Origin: a virus
Taxonomy: Duplodnaviria > Heunggongvirae > Uroviricota > Caudoviricetes
Reading direction: 5' to 3' (one strand)
IMG/VR virus record: IMGVR_UViG_2565956716_000008
DNA length: 40,864 nucleotides
The notes beneath the pieces are model-generated. The model was given only the letters and a program-made list of their open reading frames with translations, was not told the origin of the DNA and did not search any database. Both the position numbers and the translations under genes were made by a program. This document shows positions 27,536 to 38,216 of this stretch, in pieces (positions within the stretch are counted from its first letter, which is position 1; each line of letters starts with the position of its first letter).

Positions 27536-29354
27536 GCTTAAGGCGTTGATCACCGGTGTCGACAGGCTTTCTCCCGCGCTGTCGAAAATGCAAAAGAAAA
27601 TCCGGGGATTTAAACGCCAGGCGGAAGAAGCGTCACAGGGTGGGCTGGCGCTTGGTGGCGGACTGGCAGCGGGTCTGACGCTTTCCCTGAAATCTTATGC
27701 CGATCAGGAAAACGCCGCCACCGGGCTGAAAGTCGCCATGATGGATGCGAACGGCGAGGTCGGAAAGAGCTTTCAGGACATCAATAAACTGGCTATTGGC
27801 CTGGGTAACCAGCTACCAGGTACAACGGCTGATTTCCAGAACATGATGCAGATGCTGGTGCGTCAGGGGATCCCGGCAGAAAATATTCTTGGCGGTGTGG
27901 GTAAAGCGACAGCTTATCTTGCGGTACAACTGAAAAAAACACCGGAAGCGGCTGCTGAGTTTGCTGCAAAGATGCAGGATGCTACCGGAACGGCGTCAGA
28001 AGACATGATGGGGCTGTTCGACACTATCCAGAAGGCGTTTTATCTGGGTGTTGACGATACCAACATGTTGTCCTTCTTCACTAAAACCAGCTCTGTTCTG
28101 AAGATGGTGAACAAGGACGGTCTTCAGGCTGCACAGAGCCTTGCCCCCATCAGCGTCATGATGGATCAGATGGGGATGAACGGGGAGTCGGCAGGTAACG
28201 CCCTGCGAAAAGTTATCCAGTCCGGATTAAGCGTTAAGAAAATCAGGGACGTCAATAAAATCATGGCCCGCCAGAAACTCGGGGTACAGCTCGATTTTAC
28301 TGACGGCAAAGGAAGTTTTGGCGGTCTTGATAACATGTTCAGGCAACTGGCAAAGCTGCGAAAACTGACCGACGTTAAGCGAACAGGTGTACTTAAGGCA
28401 ATATTTGGTGATGATGCCGAAACCCTTCAGGTGGTCAATGCACTAATCGATAAAGGAAAGGATGGCTACGATCAGATCCAGCAGAAGATGAATAAACAGG
28501 CCAGCCTGAATAAACGTGTTCAGGCCCAGCTTGGTACGCTGTCCAACCTGTGGGAGGCAATGACGGGGACCGCAACTAACGGCCTTGCGGCTATTGGCGG
28601 CGCATTTTCTGGTGACGCCAAAAATATCACGCAATGGCTGGGGGAGTTAGGGGAAAAATTCACGAAGTTTGCGGATGAAAATCCCCGGGTTATTCGCGGC
28701 GTCGTCGGGCTTGCTGCCGGTCTTGCGATTCTGAAACTGGGATTGATGGGCGTTGGCGGTGCCATCAGTATTGTCAGCAGGATTATGTCGATGACGCCGA
28801 TTGGCATGATTGCGACGGCGATTGCTCTGGCTGCGGGATTAATTATCACTAACTGGGATGTTGTCGGACCTTATTTCAAGAAGCTCTGGGAAACCATTGG
28901 TCCTTATTTTGAGGCAGGTTGGGAACTTCTGAAGAAGGTTTTTGCCTGGTCGCCGCTGGGGATGGTGATCAATAACTGGGGACCGGTTGTTAAGTGGTTT
29001 CAGGATATGTGGGACAAGCTGAAGCCAATTATTGAGTGGTTTACCGACAGTTCCGGTGACACGGTCGATGCCATTAACTCTGCGCAGTGGGGCGCGGGTG
29101 CTTATGATGCTTATGGGACGGGAATACCGGCGCGGGGATACACACCTTATCCGGCGGTGGATCCGGCTCAGTCAAACAACGCCTCCGATGCCACAGGCTC
29201 GAATCCCTTCATGATTAACAAAGCTTCTGTGCCAAAAGTTGATGGTGAGATCAAGGTCTCTTTTGTGAATTCGCCTCCGGGTATGCGGGTTATGGAAACG
29301 CGATCCAGCGGTTTTGATGTCAGCCATGATGTTGGCTATACGCGGTTCAGGTAG
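27522..29354 (+). CDS. tail tape measure protein
   Basis: 610 aa, helical/Gly-rich segments, position. Confidence 0.75.
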   Translation: MAEFELKALITGVDRLSPALSKMQKKIRGFKRQAEEASQGGLALGGGLAAGLTLSLKSYADQENAATGLKVAMMDANGEVGKSFQDINKLAIGLGNQLPGTTADFQNMMQMLVRQGIPAENILGGVGKATAYLAVQLKKTPEAAAEFAAKMQDATGTASEDMMGLFDTIQKAFYLGVDDTNMLSFFTKTSSVLKMVNKDGLQAAQSLAPISVMMDQMGMNGESAGNALRKVIQSGLSVKKIRDVNKIMARQKLGVQLDFTDGKGSFGGLDNMFRQLAKLRKLTDVKRTGVLKAIFGDDAETLQVVNALIDKGKDGYDQIQQKMNKQASLNKRVQAQLGTLSNLWEAMTGTATNGLAAIGGAFSGDAKNITQWLGELGEKFTKFADENPRVIRGVVGLAAGLAILKLGLMGVGGAISIVSRIMSMTPIGMIATAIALAAGLIITNWDVVGPYFKKLWETIGPYFEAGWELLKKVFAWSPLGMVINNWGPVVKWFQDMWDKLKPIIEWFTDSSGDTVDAINSAQWGAGAYDAYGTGIPARGYTPYPAVDPAQSNNASDATGSNPFMINKASVPKVDGEIKVSFVNSPPGMRVMETRSSGFDVSHDVGYTRFR

Positions 29355-29453
29355 TGTACAAAATGATTAATGTGTTTTTGTCTGGCATAATTTGGGTTTT
29401 CAGCTTTAAGTAGTTAATATAATCATTCCTTACAAATGATTGAAGGGATGATT

Positions 29454-29948
29454 ATGCGTATCTTTGTTTTTTTTATATCTGCACTTTTATCTTTTAACTT
29501 GGCTGCGGAAGAGTGTAAGTTCAGCTTTAATGAGTCAGAATTAATCTCTTCTATAGGTATTGCACCAGTTAAGCAAGAGATAATAAAGGATGAAGGAATA
29601 ACTAAGCGGCAATATGAATTCAGAAGAGAATTATCTTCTGAAGAAATGCTTAGTGATGACGCTGATGAAAAATATGAGCCGCAGTTTTATATATCTGTTT
29701 ATAATCCATCATGCCCACAAAAGGTTATTGTTTGGTTTTTCAAAGACAATAAAAACACAATGGATTTAAGTAATGAGGTCCTTGCTGGTAGAGCGTTCAA
29801 GTATTTAACTGGTGTTAATGAAAGTATTTTTGAAAATAAAATGAAAAAGTTTTTAAAGGTACAGTCATTTGAATCTTTTGATGAAAGGACAGATTCTAAA
29901 TTTATAAAGAGTGGTAATATTTATTCCATTGATGTTCAACTCAGATAG
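29454..29948 (+). CDS. secreted small protein of unknown function (tail-region moron)
   Basis: AT-rich; signal peptide MRIFVFFISALLSFNLAA then EE; own TATAAT (29418-29423) and terminator; two Cys. Confidence 0.5.
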   Translation: MRIFVFFISALLSFNLAAEECKFSFNESELISSIGIAPVKQEIIKDEGITKRQYEFRRELSSEEMLSDDADEKYEPQFYISVYNPSCPQKVIVWFFKDNKNTMDLSNEVLAGRAFKYLTGVNESIFENKMKKFLKVQSFESFDERTDSKFIKSGNIYSIDVQLR

Positions 29949-29967
29949 TAATTAAAAATATTAGGTT

Positions 29968-30023
29968 CCCGCCACATCTTCTGCGATGTAAATAACTGAC
30001 AAAGCAGATTTGGCGGGTTTTTT
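29968..30023 (+). terminator. rho-independent terminator after moron
   Basis: cccgccacatct ... agatttggcggg stem followed by tttttt. Confidence 0.5.
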
Positions 30024-30038
30024 GTATCCGGAGTTTAT

Positions 30039-31367
30039 ATGACGTGGAAAGACAGGCTTCAGGATGCGTCATTTCGCGGCGTACCGTTTAAGGTTGAAGA
30101 AGAAAGTGCGGGAACCGGTCGCCGTGTGGAAACACACGAATATCCGAACCGCGACAAGCCCTATACCGAAGATCTGGGAAAAGTCACTTTCCGCCCGTCC
30201 ATCACAGCTTATGTGGTGGGAGATGACTGCTTTGACCAGCGCGATCGCCTGATTGAAGCGCTGAATAAACCCGGTCCCGGCACGCTTGTCCACCCGACAT
30301 ATGGTGAGCTGAAAGTCTGTGTTGACGGGGAAGTTCGGGTCAGCACATCGAAAAGTGAAGGGCGTATTGTCCGCTTTGACCTGAAGTTTGTCGAAGCAGG
30401 AGAACTCTCTTACCCCACATCAGGTGCGGCGACGGCGCAGACGCTGATGTCATCCTGTTCTGCACTGGATGACTGCATCAGTGACAGCTTCAGCGGTTTC
30501 AGTATCGATGGTGTGGCGGATTTTGTGCAGAACGACGTTATCGGTAATGCCAGCATAATGCTGGGGTATGTTTCTGATGCGATGAAAGTGGTGGATTCTG
30601 CCGTATCGGATGCCGCCAGGCTGTTGCAGGGGGATATCTCGGTACTTCTGCCGCCGCCATCGTCAGGCAAAAATTTCGTTGAGCAGGTGCAGAAAATGTG
30701 GCGTACCGGGAAACGCCTTTATGGTAACGCCAGCGACCTGGTCACCATGATCAAAACGCTTTCCGGTGTCAGCCTCGGCAGCGATCTGCAACCGCGCGGC
30801 GTCTGGAAAACGGACAGTAAAACCACCGCCACGGCGACGCAGCAGCGTAACGTGGTTGCCAGCACCCTTCGTACGACCGCAATCAGCGAAGCGGCGTATG
30901 CCGTCACCCGATTGCCTGCGCCAACAACTTCCGCGGTGATGCAGAATTCCGCAGTGGGGCAGGCAACAACACCTGCGCAGAGCACTGGCTGGCCTTCCGT
31001 CACGCATCCGGCACTGAACAATGCACCGGCGGTGAAAAACACAGTTGACCTGCCGACGTGGGAAGAACTGACTGACATTCGCGACACACTGAATACGGCA
31101 ATTGATAAGGAGTTGTCCCGTACAACCAGTGATGCGCTGTTTCTGGCGCTGCGCCGGGTGAAAGCAGATCTGAATGCGGATATCAACACGCGCCTTGAAC
31201 AGTCTGCACGGATCATTCAGCGCACACCGGATGAGGTTTTACCCGCGCTGGTGCTGGCGGCGACCTGGTTTGATAACGCGGCGCGTGACGCGGACATTAT
31301 CCGGCGTAATGCCATTACGCATCCCGGCTTTGTGCCGGTGATCCCTCTGAAGGTGCCAGTGCAATGA
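30039..31367 (+). CDS. DNA circularisation protein (Mu gp43-like)
   Basis: N-terminal WKDRLQDASFRGVPF...HEYPNRD...EDLG signature. Confidence 0.6.
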   Translation: MTWKDRLQDASFRGVPFKVEEESAGTGRRVETHEYPNRDKPYTEDLGKVTFRPSITAYVVGDDCFDQRDRLIEALNKPGPGTLVHPTYGELKVCVDGEVRVSTSKSEGRIVRFDLKFVEAGELSYPTSGAATAQTLMSSCSALDDCISDSFSGFSIDGVADFVQNDVIGNASIMLGYVSDAMKVVDSAVSDAARLLQGDISVLLPPPSSGKNFVEQVQKMWRTGKRLYGNASDLVTMIKTLSGVSLGSDLQPRGVWKTDSKTTATATQQRNVVASTLRTTAISEAAYAVTRLPAPTTSAVMQNSAVGQATTPAQSTGWPSVTHPALNNAPAVKNTVDLPTWEELTDIRDTLNTAIDKELSRTTSDALFLALRRVKADLNADINTRLEQSARIIQRTPDEVLPALVLAATWFDNAARDADIIRRNAITHPGFVPVIPLKVPVQ

Positions 31368-32443
31368 ACGATAACGTCACGCTACGGGTAAATGGCCGGG
31401 AGTGGAATGGCTGGACATCGGTGCGCATCGGTGCCGGTGTTGAACGACTGGCGCGGGATTTCAGTGTGGAGATCACCCGCCAGTGGCCGGGAGATGAGGG
31501 TATCACCACGCTTCAGCCGCGCATTAAAAACGGTTCAAAAGTGGAAGTGCTGATTGGTGATGAGCTGGTGATCACCGGCTGGGTGGAGGCGACGCCCGTT
31601 CGTTACGATGCCCGTTCGGTCAGCACTGGTATTGCCGGACGCAGTCTAACCGCTGATCTGATTGACTGTGCAGCCGAACCGACACAGTTTAACGGACGAT
31701 CGCTGGTACAGATTGCGCAGGCGCTTGCTGCGCCCTTCGGCATTGAGGTGGTGAACAACGGTGCGCCGTCGGGTGTTATTCCTGACGTCCAGCCTGATCA
31801 CGGTGAAACGGTGATTGAGGTAATCAACAAAATACTCGGTCAGCAGCAGGCACTGGCTTACGACGACCCGCACGGCAGGCTGGTGATTGGCGGTATTGGC
31901 TCAACGCGGGCACATACCGCGCTGGTACTTGGGGAAAACATCCTTTCCTGTGATACGGAGAAGAGTATCCGGGAGCGGTTTTCAGTTTACCAGGTGGCGG
32001 GGCAGCGTGCCGGAAACGACGATGATTTCGGTGAGGCCACCACCACCGCGCTGCGGGCCCGCACAGAGGACGCATTTATTGCCCGTTACCGTCCGATGTA
32101 TATCAGGCAGACAGGGCAGGCCACGGGGGCAGGCTGTATTGCGCGTGCTGACTTTGAAGCCCGACAACGGGCGGCGCGGACGGATGAAACCACCTATGTG
32201 GTGCAGGGCTGGCGACAGGGTAACGGTACGCTGTGGCAGCCCAACCAGCGGGTGATTGTCTTTGATCCGGTCTGTGGTTTCGACAATACCGAACTGCTTG
32301 TTTCGGAAGTCACGTTTACTCAGGACCAGAACGGCACCCTGACGGAAATCCGTGTCGGCCCGCCTGATGCTTATCTGCCTGAACCCGAAGATCCCGGCGC
32401 GCGGAAAAAGAAAAAAGCCAGAGTACAGGAGGACCCGTTCTGA
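31364..32443 (+). CDS. baseplate hub protein (Mu gp44-like)
   Basis: position and size. Confidence 0.55.
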   Translation: MNDNVTLRVNGREWNGWTSVRIGAGVERLARDFSVEITRQWPGDEGITTLQPRIKNGSKVEVLIGDELVITGWVEATPVRYDARSVSTGIAGRSLTADLIDCAAEPTQFNGRSLVQIAQALAAPFGIEVVNNGAPSGVIPDVQPDHGETVIEVINKILGQQQALAYDDPHGRLVIGGIGSTRAHTALVLGENILSCDTEKSIRERFSVYQVAGQRAGNDDDFGEATTTALRARTEDAFIARYRPMYIRQTGQATGAGCIARADFEARQRAARTDETTYVVQGWRQGNGTLWQPNQRVIVFDPVCGFDNTELLVSEVTFTQDQNGTLTEIRVGPPDAYLPEPEDPGARKKKKARVQEDPF

Positions 32444-32991
32444 TGAGGGCGATTGAAACCATACAGCGACAACTCCTCGGGCTGATTGGGCGGGCCGTGG
32501 TGAAAAGCATCAGTGCCGCAACGAAATGTCAGACCGTGGATGTGTCCCTGATTGCCGGTGAACCCAAAGCCGGGGTTGAACATCTTGAACCTTACGGTTT
32601 TACCGCAAGGGCAAACAGCGGTGCGGAAGCGGTGGTGTTGTTTCCGGATGGCGACCGTTCTCATGCGGTGGTTGTTACGGTGTCGGATCGGCGTTACCGC
32701 CTGAAAGGGCTGCAGACGGGTGAGGTGGCTGTCTATGACGATCAGGGGCAGTCCGTGACGCTGACCCGGGAGGGGATCGTGGTGGACGGTGCAGGTAAAA
32801 CGATCACGTTTCGCAATTCACCTAAAGCACGTTTTGAAATGGACCTGGAAGTGACAGGACAGGTGAAAGACCTGTGCGACTCCAGCGGTACCACCATGTC
32901 AGCGATGCGGCTTGCCTATAACGGGCATCGTCACAGAGAGAACGGTCAGGGCAGTAACACCGACAAACCTGATAAAGCGATGGAGGCATGA
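32443..32991 (+). CDS. baseplate spike/assembly protein V-like
   Basis: position and size. Confidence 0.5.
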   Translation: MRAIETIQRQLLGLIGRAVVKSISAATKCQTVDVSLIAGEPKAGVEHLEPYGFTARANSGAEAVVLFPDGDRSHAVVVTVSDRRYRLKGLQTGEVAVYDDQGQSVTLTREGIVVDGAGKTITFRNSPKARFEMDLEVTGQVKDLCDSSGTTMSAMRLAYNGHRHRENGQGSNTDKPDKAMEA

Positions 32992-33416
32992 TGGAACTGT
33001 GGCTGACGGTGAACGGTAAACGCACCTGCGCCAGCGCACCGCTGGATCCGCTGACCCGCGCCGTGGTGATTTCCCTGTTTACCTGGCGGCGGGCGGAGCC
33101 TGATGACAACGCCGACGTCCCGATGGGATGGTGGGGGGATACCTGGCCTGCGGTACAGAATGACCGTTACGGCTCCCGACTGTGGCTGCTTCAGCGCAGC
33201 AAACTGACCAATCAGCTGGTGCAGACGGTAAGGGGGTATATCCGCGAATGCCTGCAATGGATGATTGATGATGGCGTGGTGTCCCGTATTGATCTGGATA
33301 TCCGCCGCACCGGGATTAATGAACTGGGTAACAGTATCACTCTCTGGCGTCGTGACGGACCGGTAATGATTTCTTTTGATGATCTGTGGAGTGCGATAAC
33401 GCATGGCGGACAGTGA
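32988..33416 (+). CDS. baseplate protein (Mu gp46-like)
   Basis: position and size. Confidence 0.5.
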   Translation: MMELWLTVNGKRTCASAPLDPLTRAVVISLFTWRRAEPDDNADVPMGWWGDTWPAVQNDRYGSRLWLLQRSKLTNQLVQTVRGYIRECLQWMIDDGVVSRIDLDIRRTGINELGNSITLWRRDGPVMISFDDLWSAITHGGQ

Positions 33417-34461
33417 ATTTCAGCGCCCGACGCTGGCAGAAAATATCAGTATGCTCCGTAACGATTTATTCGCCAGGCTGGACGTCAGCGACACGCTCCG
33501 GCGCATGGATGAAGACGTGCGGGCAAAGGTGTATGCGGCGGCGCTGCATACGGTTTACGGTTACATCGATTATCTGGCAATGAACATGCTGCCTGATCTG
33601 TGCGATGAGTCCTGGCTGGCGCGACATGCTGCGATGAAACGGTGTCCGCGCAAGGGGGCCACGGCTGCCAGCGGGTATATGCGCTGGGAAGGTGTCAGCG
33701 ATGGCCTGAAGGTGACCGCCGGGAGTGTTATTCAGCGCGATGACCTGGTTCAGTACACGGCAACTGCCGATGCAATCAGCACTGGTGGTGTCCTGCGTGT
33801 GCCGATCACTTGCTCAACTACAGGCGCGGTCGGTAACGCTGACGACGGTACGGCATTAATCCTGGTCACGCCGGTGAATGGTCTGCCGTCTTCTGGTGTG
33901 GCTGACACCCTGACAGGCGGATTTGATACTGAAGAGCTGGAAACGTGGCGCGCCCGCGTCATTGAGCGGTATTACTGGACGCCTCAGGGCGGGGCTGACG
34001 GGGACTATGTCGTCTGGGCTAAAGAAGTGCCCGGCATTACCCGCGCATGGACATACCGACACTGGATGGGAACGGGGACTGTCGGTGTGATGATTGCCAG
34101 CAGTGACCTGATTAATCCCATTCCGGAAGAGTCAACGGAAACGGCGGCAAGACAACATATCGAGCCACTGGCCCCGGTGGCAGGCTCTGATTTGTATGTA
34201 TTCAGGCCGGTGGCGCATAAAGTGGATTTTCATATCCGCGTGACGCCGGACACACCGGAAATACGGGCTGCCATCACCGCCGAGTTGCGTTCGTTCCTGC
34301 TGCGTGATGGTTATCCGCAGGGAGAACTGAAGGTGTCACGTATCAGTGAAGCGATTTCCGGTGCGAACGGGGAATACAGCCATCAGTTGCTTGCCCCGGC
34401 GGACAATATCTCCATTGCAAAAAATGAGCTGGCGGTTCTGGGGACGATTTCATGGACGTGA
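33403..34461 (+). CDS. baseplate J-like protein
   Basis: 352 aa, position. Confidence 0.7.
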   Translation: MADSEFQRPTLAENISMLRNDLFARLDVSDTLRRMDEDVRAKVYAAALHTVYGYIDYLAMNMLPDLCDESWLARHAAMKRCPRKGATAASGYMRWEGVSDGLKVTAGSVIQRDDLVQYTATADAISTGGVLRVPITCSTTGAVGNADDGTALILVTPVNGLPSSGVADTLTGGFDTEELETWRARVIERYYWTPQGGADGDYVVWAKEVPGITRAWTYRHWMGTGTVGVMIASSDLINPIPEESTETAARQHIEPLAPVAGSDLYVFRPVAHKVDFHIRVTPDTPEIRAAITAELRSFLLRDGYPQGELKVSRISEAISGANGEYSHQLLAPADNISIAKNELAVLGTISWT

Positions 34462-35036
34462 CAAACGATGATTATATCCGTCTGTTGTCGGCACTGTTGC
34501 CGCCCGGTCCGGCGTGGTCAGTCAGCGATCCGGCGATTGCCGGTGCGGCACCGTCATTAACCCGCGTTCATCAGCGTGCGGATGCCCTGATGCGGGAGCT
34601 GGATCCGCGCACCACCACTGAACTGATAAACCGCTGGGAGCGTCTGTGCGGTCTGCCGGATGAATGTATTCCCGCAGGGACACAGACCCTTCGCCAGCGT
34701 CAGCAACGGCTGGATGCGAAGGTTAATCTGGCGGGCGGCATCAATGAGGATTTTTATCTTGCACAGCTTGCTGCCCTGGGCAGACCAGACGCCACTATCA
34801 CGCGATACGATAAAAGCACGTTCACCTGCTCATCGGCCTGTACTGACGCAGTGAATGCGCCGGAATGGCGGTATTACTGGCAGGTCAACATGCCAGCCGC
34901 CACCAACACCACCTGGATGACATGTGGCGATCCCTGTGATTCCGCACTGCGTATCTGGGGCGACACCGTTGTCGAGTGCGTGCTTAACAAACTCTGCCCT
35001 TCGCATACCTACGTAATTTTTAAATATCCGGAGTAA
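34452..35036 (+). CDS. tail protein I-like (DUF2313, YmfQ-like)
   Basis: position before tail fibre. Confidence 0.5.
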   Translation: MDVTNDDYIRLLSALLPPGPAWSVSDPAIAGAAPSLTRVHQRADALMRELDPRTTTELINRWERLCGLPDECIPAGTQTLRQRQQRLDAKVNLAGGINEDFYLAQLAALGRPDATITRYDKSTFTCSSACTDAVNAPEWRYYWQVNMPAATNTTWMTCGDPCDSALRIWGDTVVECVLNKLCPSHTYVIFKYPE

Positions 35037-35039
35037 TCC

Positions 35040-35765
35040 ATGCATCGTATAGACACGAAAACCGCGCAGAAGGATAAGTTCGGCGCGGGTAAGAACGGTT
35101 TTACCCGTGGTAACCCCCAGACCGGCACACCTGCCACCGATCTGGATGATGACTACTTTGACATGTTGCAGGAGGAGCTTTGCAGCGTTGTGGAGGCATC
35201 CGGTGCCAGCCTGGAGAAGGGGCGGCACGACCAGCTGCTTACCGCGCTTCGTGCGCTGCTGTTAAGCCGCAAGAATCCGTTTGGTGATATCAAATCGGAT
35301 GGCACGGTGAAAACGGCTCTCGAAAACCTTGGTTTGGGAGAAGGCTCAGCATTACCTGTTGGGGTGCCTGTTCCGTGGCCTTCAGCCACTCCGCCAACAG
35401 GCTGGCTGAAATGCAATGGTGCGGCTTTTTCTGCTGAAGAATACCCGGAACTGGCAAAGGCTTACCCGACAAATAAATTGCCTGATTTACGCGGTGAATT
35501 TATTCGTGGATGGGATGATGGGCGCGGGGTGGATTCCTCTCGTGGTTTGTTGACATCTCAAGACCATTTATTTGCTTCTCATGGGCACTGGTTTGACAAG
35601 TACTATGCGCTAACAGGTTTTGATCCAACGGGAGGTCGGTTCGTAGTTACGGCTGATGCTTTCGGGGAACTTATTACGGCAAATTCAATTTCTACGGTAT
35701 CGGTTGGTGGTTCTGAAACCCGACCGCGCAACGTCGCATTTAACTATATCGTGAGGGCAGCCTGA
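35040..35765 (+). CDS. tail fibre protein, constant N-terminus plus current variable C-terminus
   Basis: conserved N-terminus [22 protein letters not shown]; recombination site inside at 35317-35342. Confidence 0.7.
   Translation: MHRIDTKTAQKDKFGAGKNGFTRGNPQTGTPATDLDDDYFDMLQEELCSVVEASGASLEKGRHDQLLTALRALLLSRKNPFGDIKSDGTVKTALENLGLGEGSALPVGVPVPWPSATPPTGWLKCNGAAFSAEEYPELAKAYPTNKLPDLRGEFIRGWDDGRGVDSSRGLLTSQDHLFASHGHWFDKYYALTGFDPTGGRFVVTADAFGELITANSISTVSVGGSETRPRNVAFNYIVRAA
35317..35342. other. Hin/Gin-type inversion site (within tail fibre gene)
   Basis: CTCTCGAAAACC TT GGTTTGGGAGAA matches hix/gix-type consensus. Confidence 0.55.
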
Positions 35766-36367
35766 TGAATAAAGCCGTATTAAATAGCGAACTCATTACT
35801 ACAAAGGCAGGAAACATTACCGTTTATAATTTTGATGCTGAGACGAAGGAATATCTTTCCACATCAACCGAATATCTTGTTGTGGGTGTCGGTATTCCGG
35901 CGCATTCCTGTTTAGATGCTCCTGGTATATATAAGGCTGGTTATACTATCTGCCGTTCAGCAGATTTAAAATCATGGGAATATATGCCAGACCATCGCGG
36001 TGAAATCGTTTTTAGCACCGAAACAGGGGAATCAAAAGAAATCACAGCTCCGGGTGATTACCCTGATAATACAACCACTATCGCCCCGTTAACGCCATAC
36101 GATAAATGGGATGGTGAGAAATGGGTGACGGATACCGAGGCACAGCACGGCGCAGCAGTAGATGCAGCAGAAGCACAGCGCCAGTCGCTGATTGATACTG
36201 CAATGGCTTCCATTAGTCTGATTCAGCTGAAATTACAGGCCGGACGGAAGCTGACGCAGGCAGAAACCAACCGAATTAACACGGTGCTGGATTACATTGA
36301 CGCGGTGACGGCAACAGATACCAGCACCGCGCCGGATGTCATCTGGCCTGAACTGCCGGAGGCGTAG
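35765..36367 (+). CDS. tail fibre assembly protein (active orientation)
   Basis: 200 aa, Tfa-type C-terminus. Confidence 0.65.
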   Translation: MNKAVLNSELITTKAGNITVYNFDAETKEYLSTSTEYLVVGVGIPAHSCLDAPGIYKAGYTICRSADLKSWEYMPDHRGEIVFSTETGESKEITAPGDYPDNTTTIAPLTPYDKWDGEKWVTDTEAQHGAAVDAAEAQRQSLIDTAMASISLIQLKLQAGRKLTQAETNRINTVLDYIDAVTATDTSTAPDVIWPELPEA

Positions 36368-36791
36368 GCCATTCAATATCTGGCGCACTGGAGGTATCGA
36401 CCAGCTCCAGTGCGTCCAGATAATCCAGCCACAAATTATATTGTGCCAGTTCCTCACCTTTCAGACGACCAATAGCGGCTTTACCGGGCCATTGCTTACT
36501 GTTCATGTATTCGTTGGCCTGGTTAATTAGTAGCTGTCTTTCTGATTCAGTAATTTCAATAAGTTCTTCATGCGTGGGTGGAGGAATATCTGCCCACGCA
36601 GGCAGCCCATCATCTCCGGCAATACGGATTTTTCCTTGTGGCGGTTCAGCCATAAACTCACTGATAATATTTTGATTTACTTCCTTAGCGTCTGATAAAT
36701 CCCATCCCTCTGATTTATATTTATCAATCATATCCACAGGGAAAAAAGCATTATGCCTTGCGCTATAAACATATTCGTTCATATAAATCAC
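36339..36791 (-). CDS. tail fibre assembly protein (alternative orientation)
   Basis: 150 aa, convergent with other Tfa, similar C-terminal motif. Confidence 0.65.
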   Translation of the reverse strand: MIYMNEYVYSARHNAFFPVDMIDKYKSEGWDLSDAKEVNQNIISEFMAEPPQGKIRIAGDDGLPAWADIPPPTHEELIEITESERQLLINQANEYMNSKQWPGKAAIGRLKGEELAQYNLWLDYLDALELVDTSSAPDIEWPTPPAVQAR

Positions 36792-36802
36792 CCTGAATAA
36801 AA

Positions 36803-37171
36803 TTACTCACCAACAGCCCACCAACTGTAATTCATCGATACCGTGTCGCTGGTTGATGACGTTCTGTAAGCAGAATTAAAGCCGGTTAACGTTGGGCCTT
36901 CTGCAGTCATCACGAACCCTCGCCCAGCGCCTAAAGGCGCACCGCCATCACCAGAATGAGTAAGCATGGCGCAGTCCGCTTTTTTGGGGAAAGGGATGCT
37001 GAATGTAATTCTCATTGTTTGCGTCGATAATGTCGGCGTAACCGCACCACGACCATATTGCAGGATTTTCCCGTTGGGTAATTTCATCCATCCATCACCA
37101 CTGGCAAAAGAGGCCATGTCCGGTATCTGATTTTCCCCTGTCCCCACATCCCGTTTTGCCGCTTCTCCCAA
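36803..37171 (-). CDS. alternative tail fibre C-terminal segment (promoterless, fused on inversion)
   Basis: open frame runs into inversion site; in-frame with fibre constant part after inversion. Confidence 0.5.
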   Translation of the reverse strand: MGEAAKRDVGTGENQIPDMASFASGDGWMKLPNGKILQYGRGAVTPTLSTQTMRITFSIPFPKKADCAMLTHSGDGGAPLGAGRGFVMTAEGPTLTGFNSAYRTSSTSDTVSMNYSWWAVGE

Positions 37172-37188
37172 ACCAACCTTTCAAATAT
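37163..37188. other. Hin/Gin-type inversion site (distal)
   Basis: TTCTCCCAAACC AA CCTTTCAAATAT; reverse complement shares 14 nt with proximal site. Confidence 0.5.
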
Positions 37189-37247
37189 TTTTCTGAATCA
37201 GGTGATATTTCGCCTCTTCTCCTGTTTTTACAACAGGAGAAGCACTC

Positions 37248-37811
37248 ATGATTTACGGGTATGTTCGTGTATCAACAAATCATCAGGATACAGAGTTGCA
37301 ACGTCTTGCACTTGAGTCAGCTGGCTGTGAGCGAATTTATGAAGAATATGCCAGTGGCAGAACAGCTAATCGCCCTGTGTTAAAGGAATTAATTACGGTG
37401 ATGAAAAGTGGAGATGAGTTGATTGTCTGGAAGTTAGATCGGATAGGGAGAAATGTGCTGCATGCGCTATTGATGTTTCAAAATCTGCACGAAAAAGGTG
37501 TTAATTTTCGGAGTATTACAGATGGCGTAGACCTGAAAACAGCAAGTGGTCGCTATAATTTCCGTAATATTCTTTCTGCTGCGCAGTATGAATCTGATTT
37601 GAATAGCGAGCGAACTTTAGCTGGTTTGGCTATTGCCAGATCCAAAGGCCGGATTGGTGGGCGTAGACCGAAGTTTAGCGACGAGCAGTGGCAACAGATG
37701 GGAGCGCTCATAGCGGCAGGGAAATCACGGCGTTATGTTGCACGTATCTATAACGTTGGGCTATCAACCCTATATAAACGATTTCCTGTTACTGGCATTC
37801 AAACGAAATAA
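37248..37811 (+). CDS. pin: Pin/Gin/Hin-family serine DNA invertase
   Basis: N-terminal YVRVSTNHQ catalytic serine motif, C-terminal HTH; adjacent to invertible segment. Confidence 0.85.
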   Translation: MIYGYVRVSTNHQDTELQRLALESAGCERIYEEYASGRTANRPVLKELITVMKSGDELIVWKLDRIGRNVLHALLMFQNLHEKGVNFRSITDGVDLKTASGRYNFRNILSAAQYESDLNSERTLAGLAIARSKGRIGGRRPKFSDEQWQQMGALIAAGKSRRYVARIYNVGLSTLYKRFPVTGIQTK

Positions 37812-37954
37812 TTTAAAAGCAATTTAAAGAGTTATTTGTCTAATGTTGGAAGCCGCAGCCACGTCGTATGCAAGAACGTGCTGCGGCTGGCTGGCGAACT
37901 TTCGATAGTGCGAGTATTGAATGATTTCCAGCCGTTACCGATTTTACGTGTTAA

Positions 37955-38203
37955 TTAGTGAACAAACCACTCGTCAGCAGATTCCCAGGTATCTTTCAGA
38001 GTCTCCTGAACAAAAGTTTTTGCAGAATCCTTATCTGCGGTGCGTGTAACAGAAAGGCCATCGTTGCTGGTGGCTTTTACGATCACCTCTACATCGTCAT
38101 AACGTTTACTGATGCGTCGGGTTAATTCTTCCTTTAACGCATCCACAGCACCGGTTGGCATTTTAGTCATTTTTTCTTTGGCTATGCAGATTTCAATACG
38201 CAT
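37955..38203 (-). CDS. DinI-like SOS-response protein
   Basis: 82 aa, MRIE...[10 protein letters not shown] DinI signature; LexA boxes in promoter. Confidence 0.7.
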   Translation of the reverse strand: MRIEICIAKEKMTKMPTGAVDALKEELTRRISKRYDDVEVIVKATSNDGLSVTRTADKDSAKTFVQETLKDTWESADEWFVH

Positions 38204-38216
38204 AAAAGTCCCTCTA

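Larger units (their letters stand above)
35330..37175. mobile_element. invertible tail-fibre host-range segment (about 1.85 kb)
   Basis: bounded by inverted recombination sites sharing TTGGTTTGGGAGAA; contains two convergent tail-fibre assembly genes and alternative fibre C-terminus; adjacent invertase. Confidence 0.5.

Noticed and set aside
37852-37887. GC-rich hairpin between pin and the DinI-like gene as a terminator
   Set aside because: No U-run on either strand; possibly a structural or REP-like element, function unclear.
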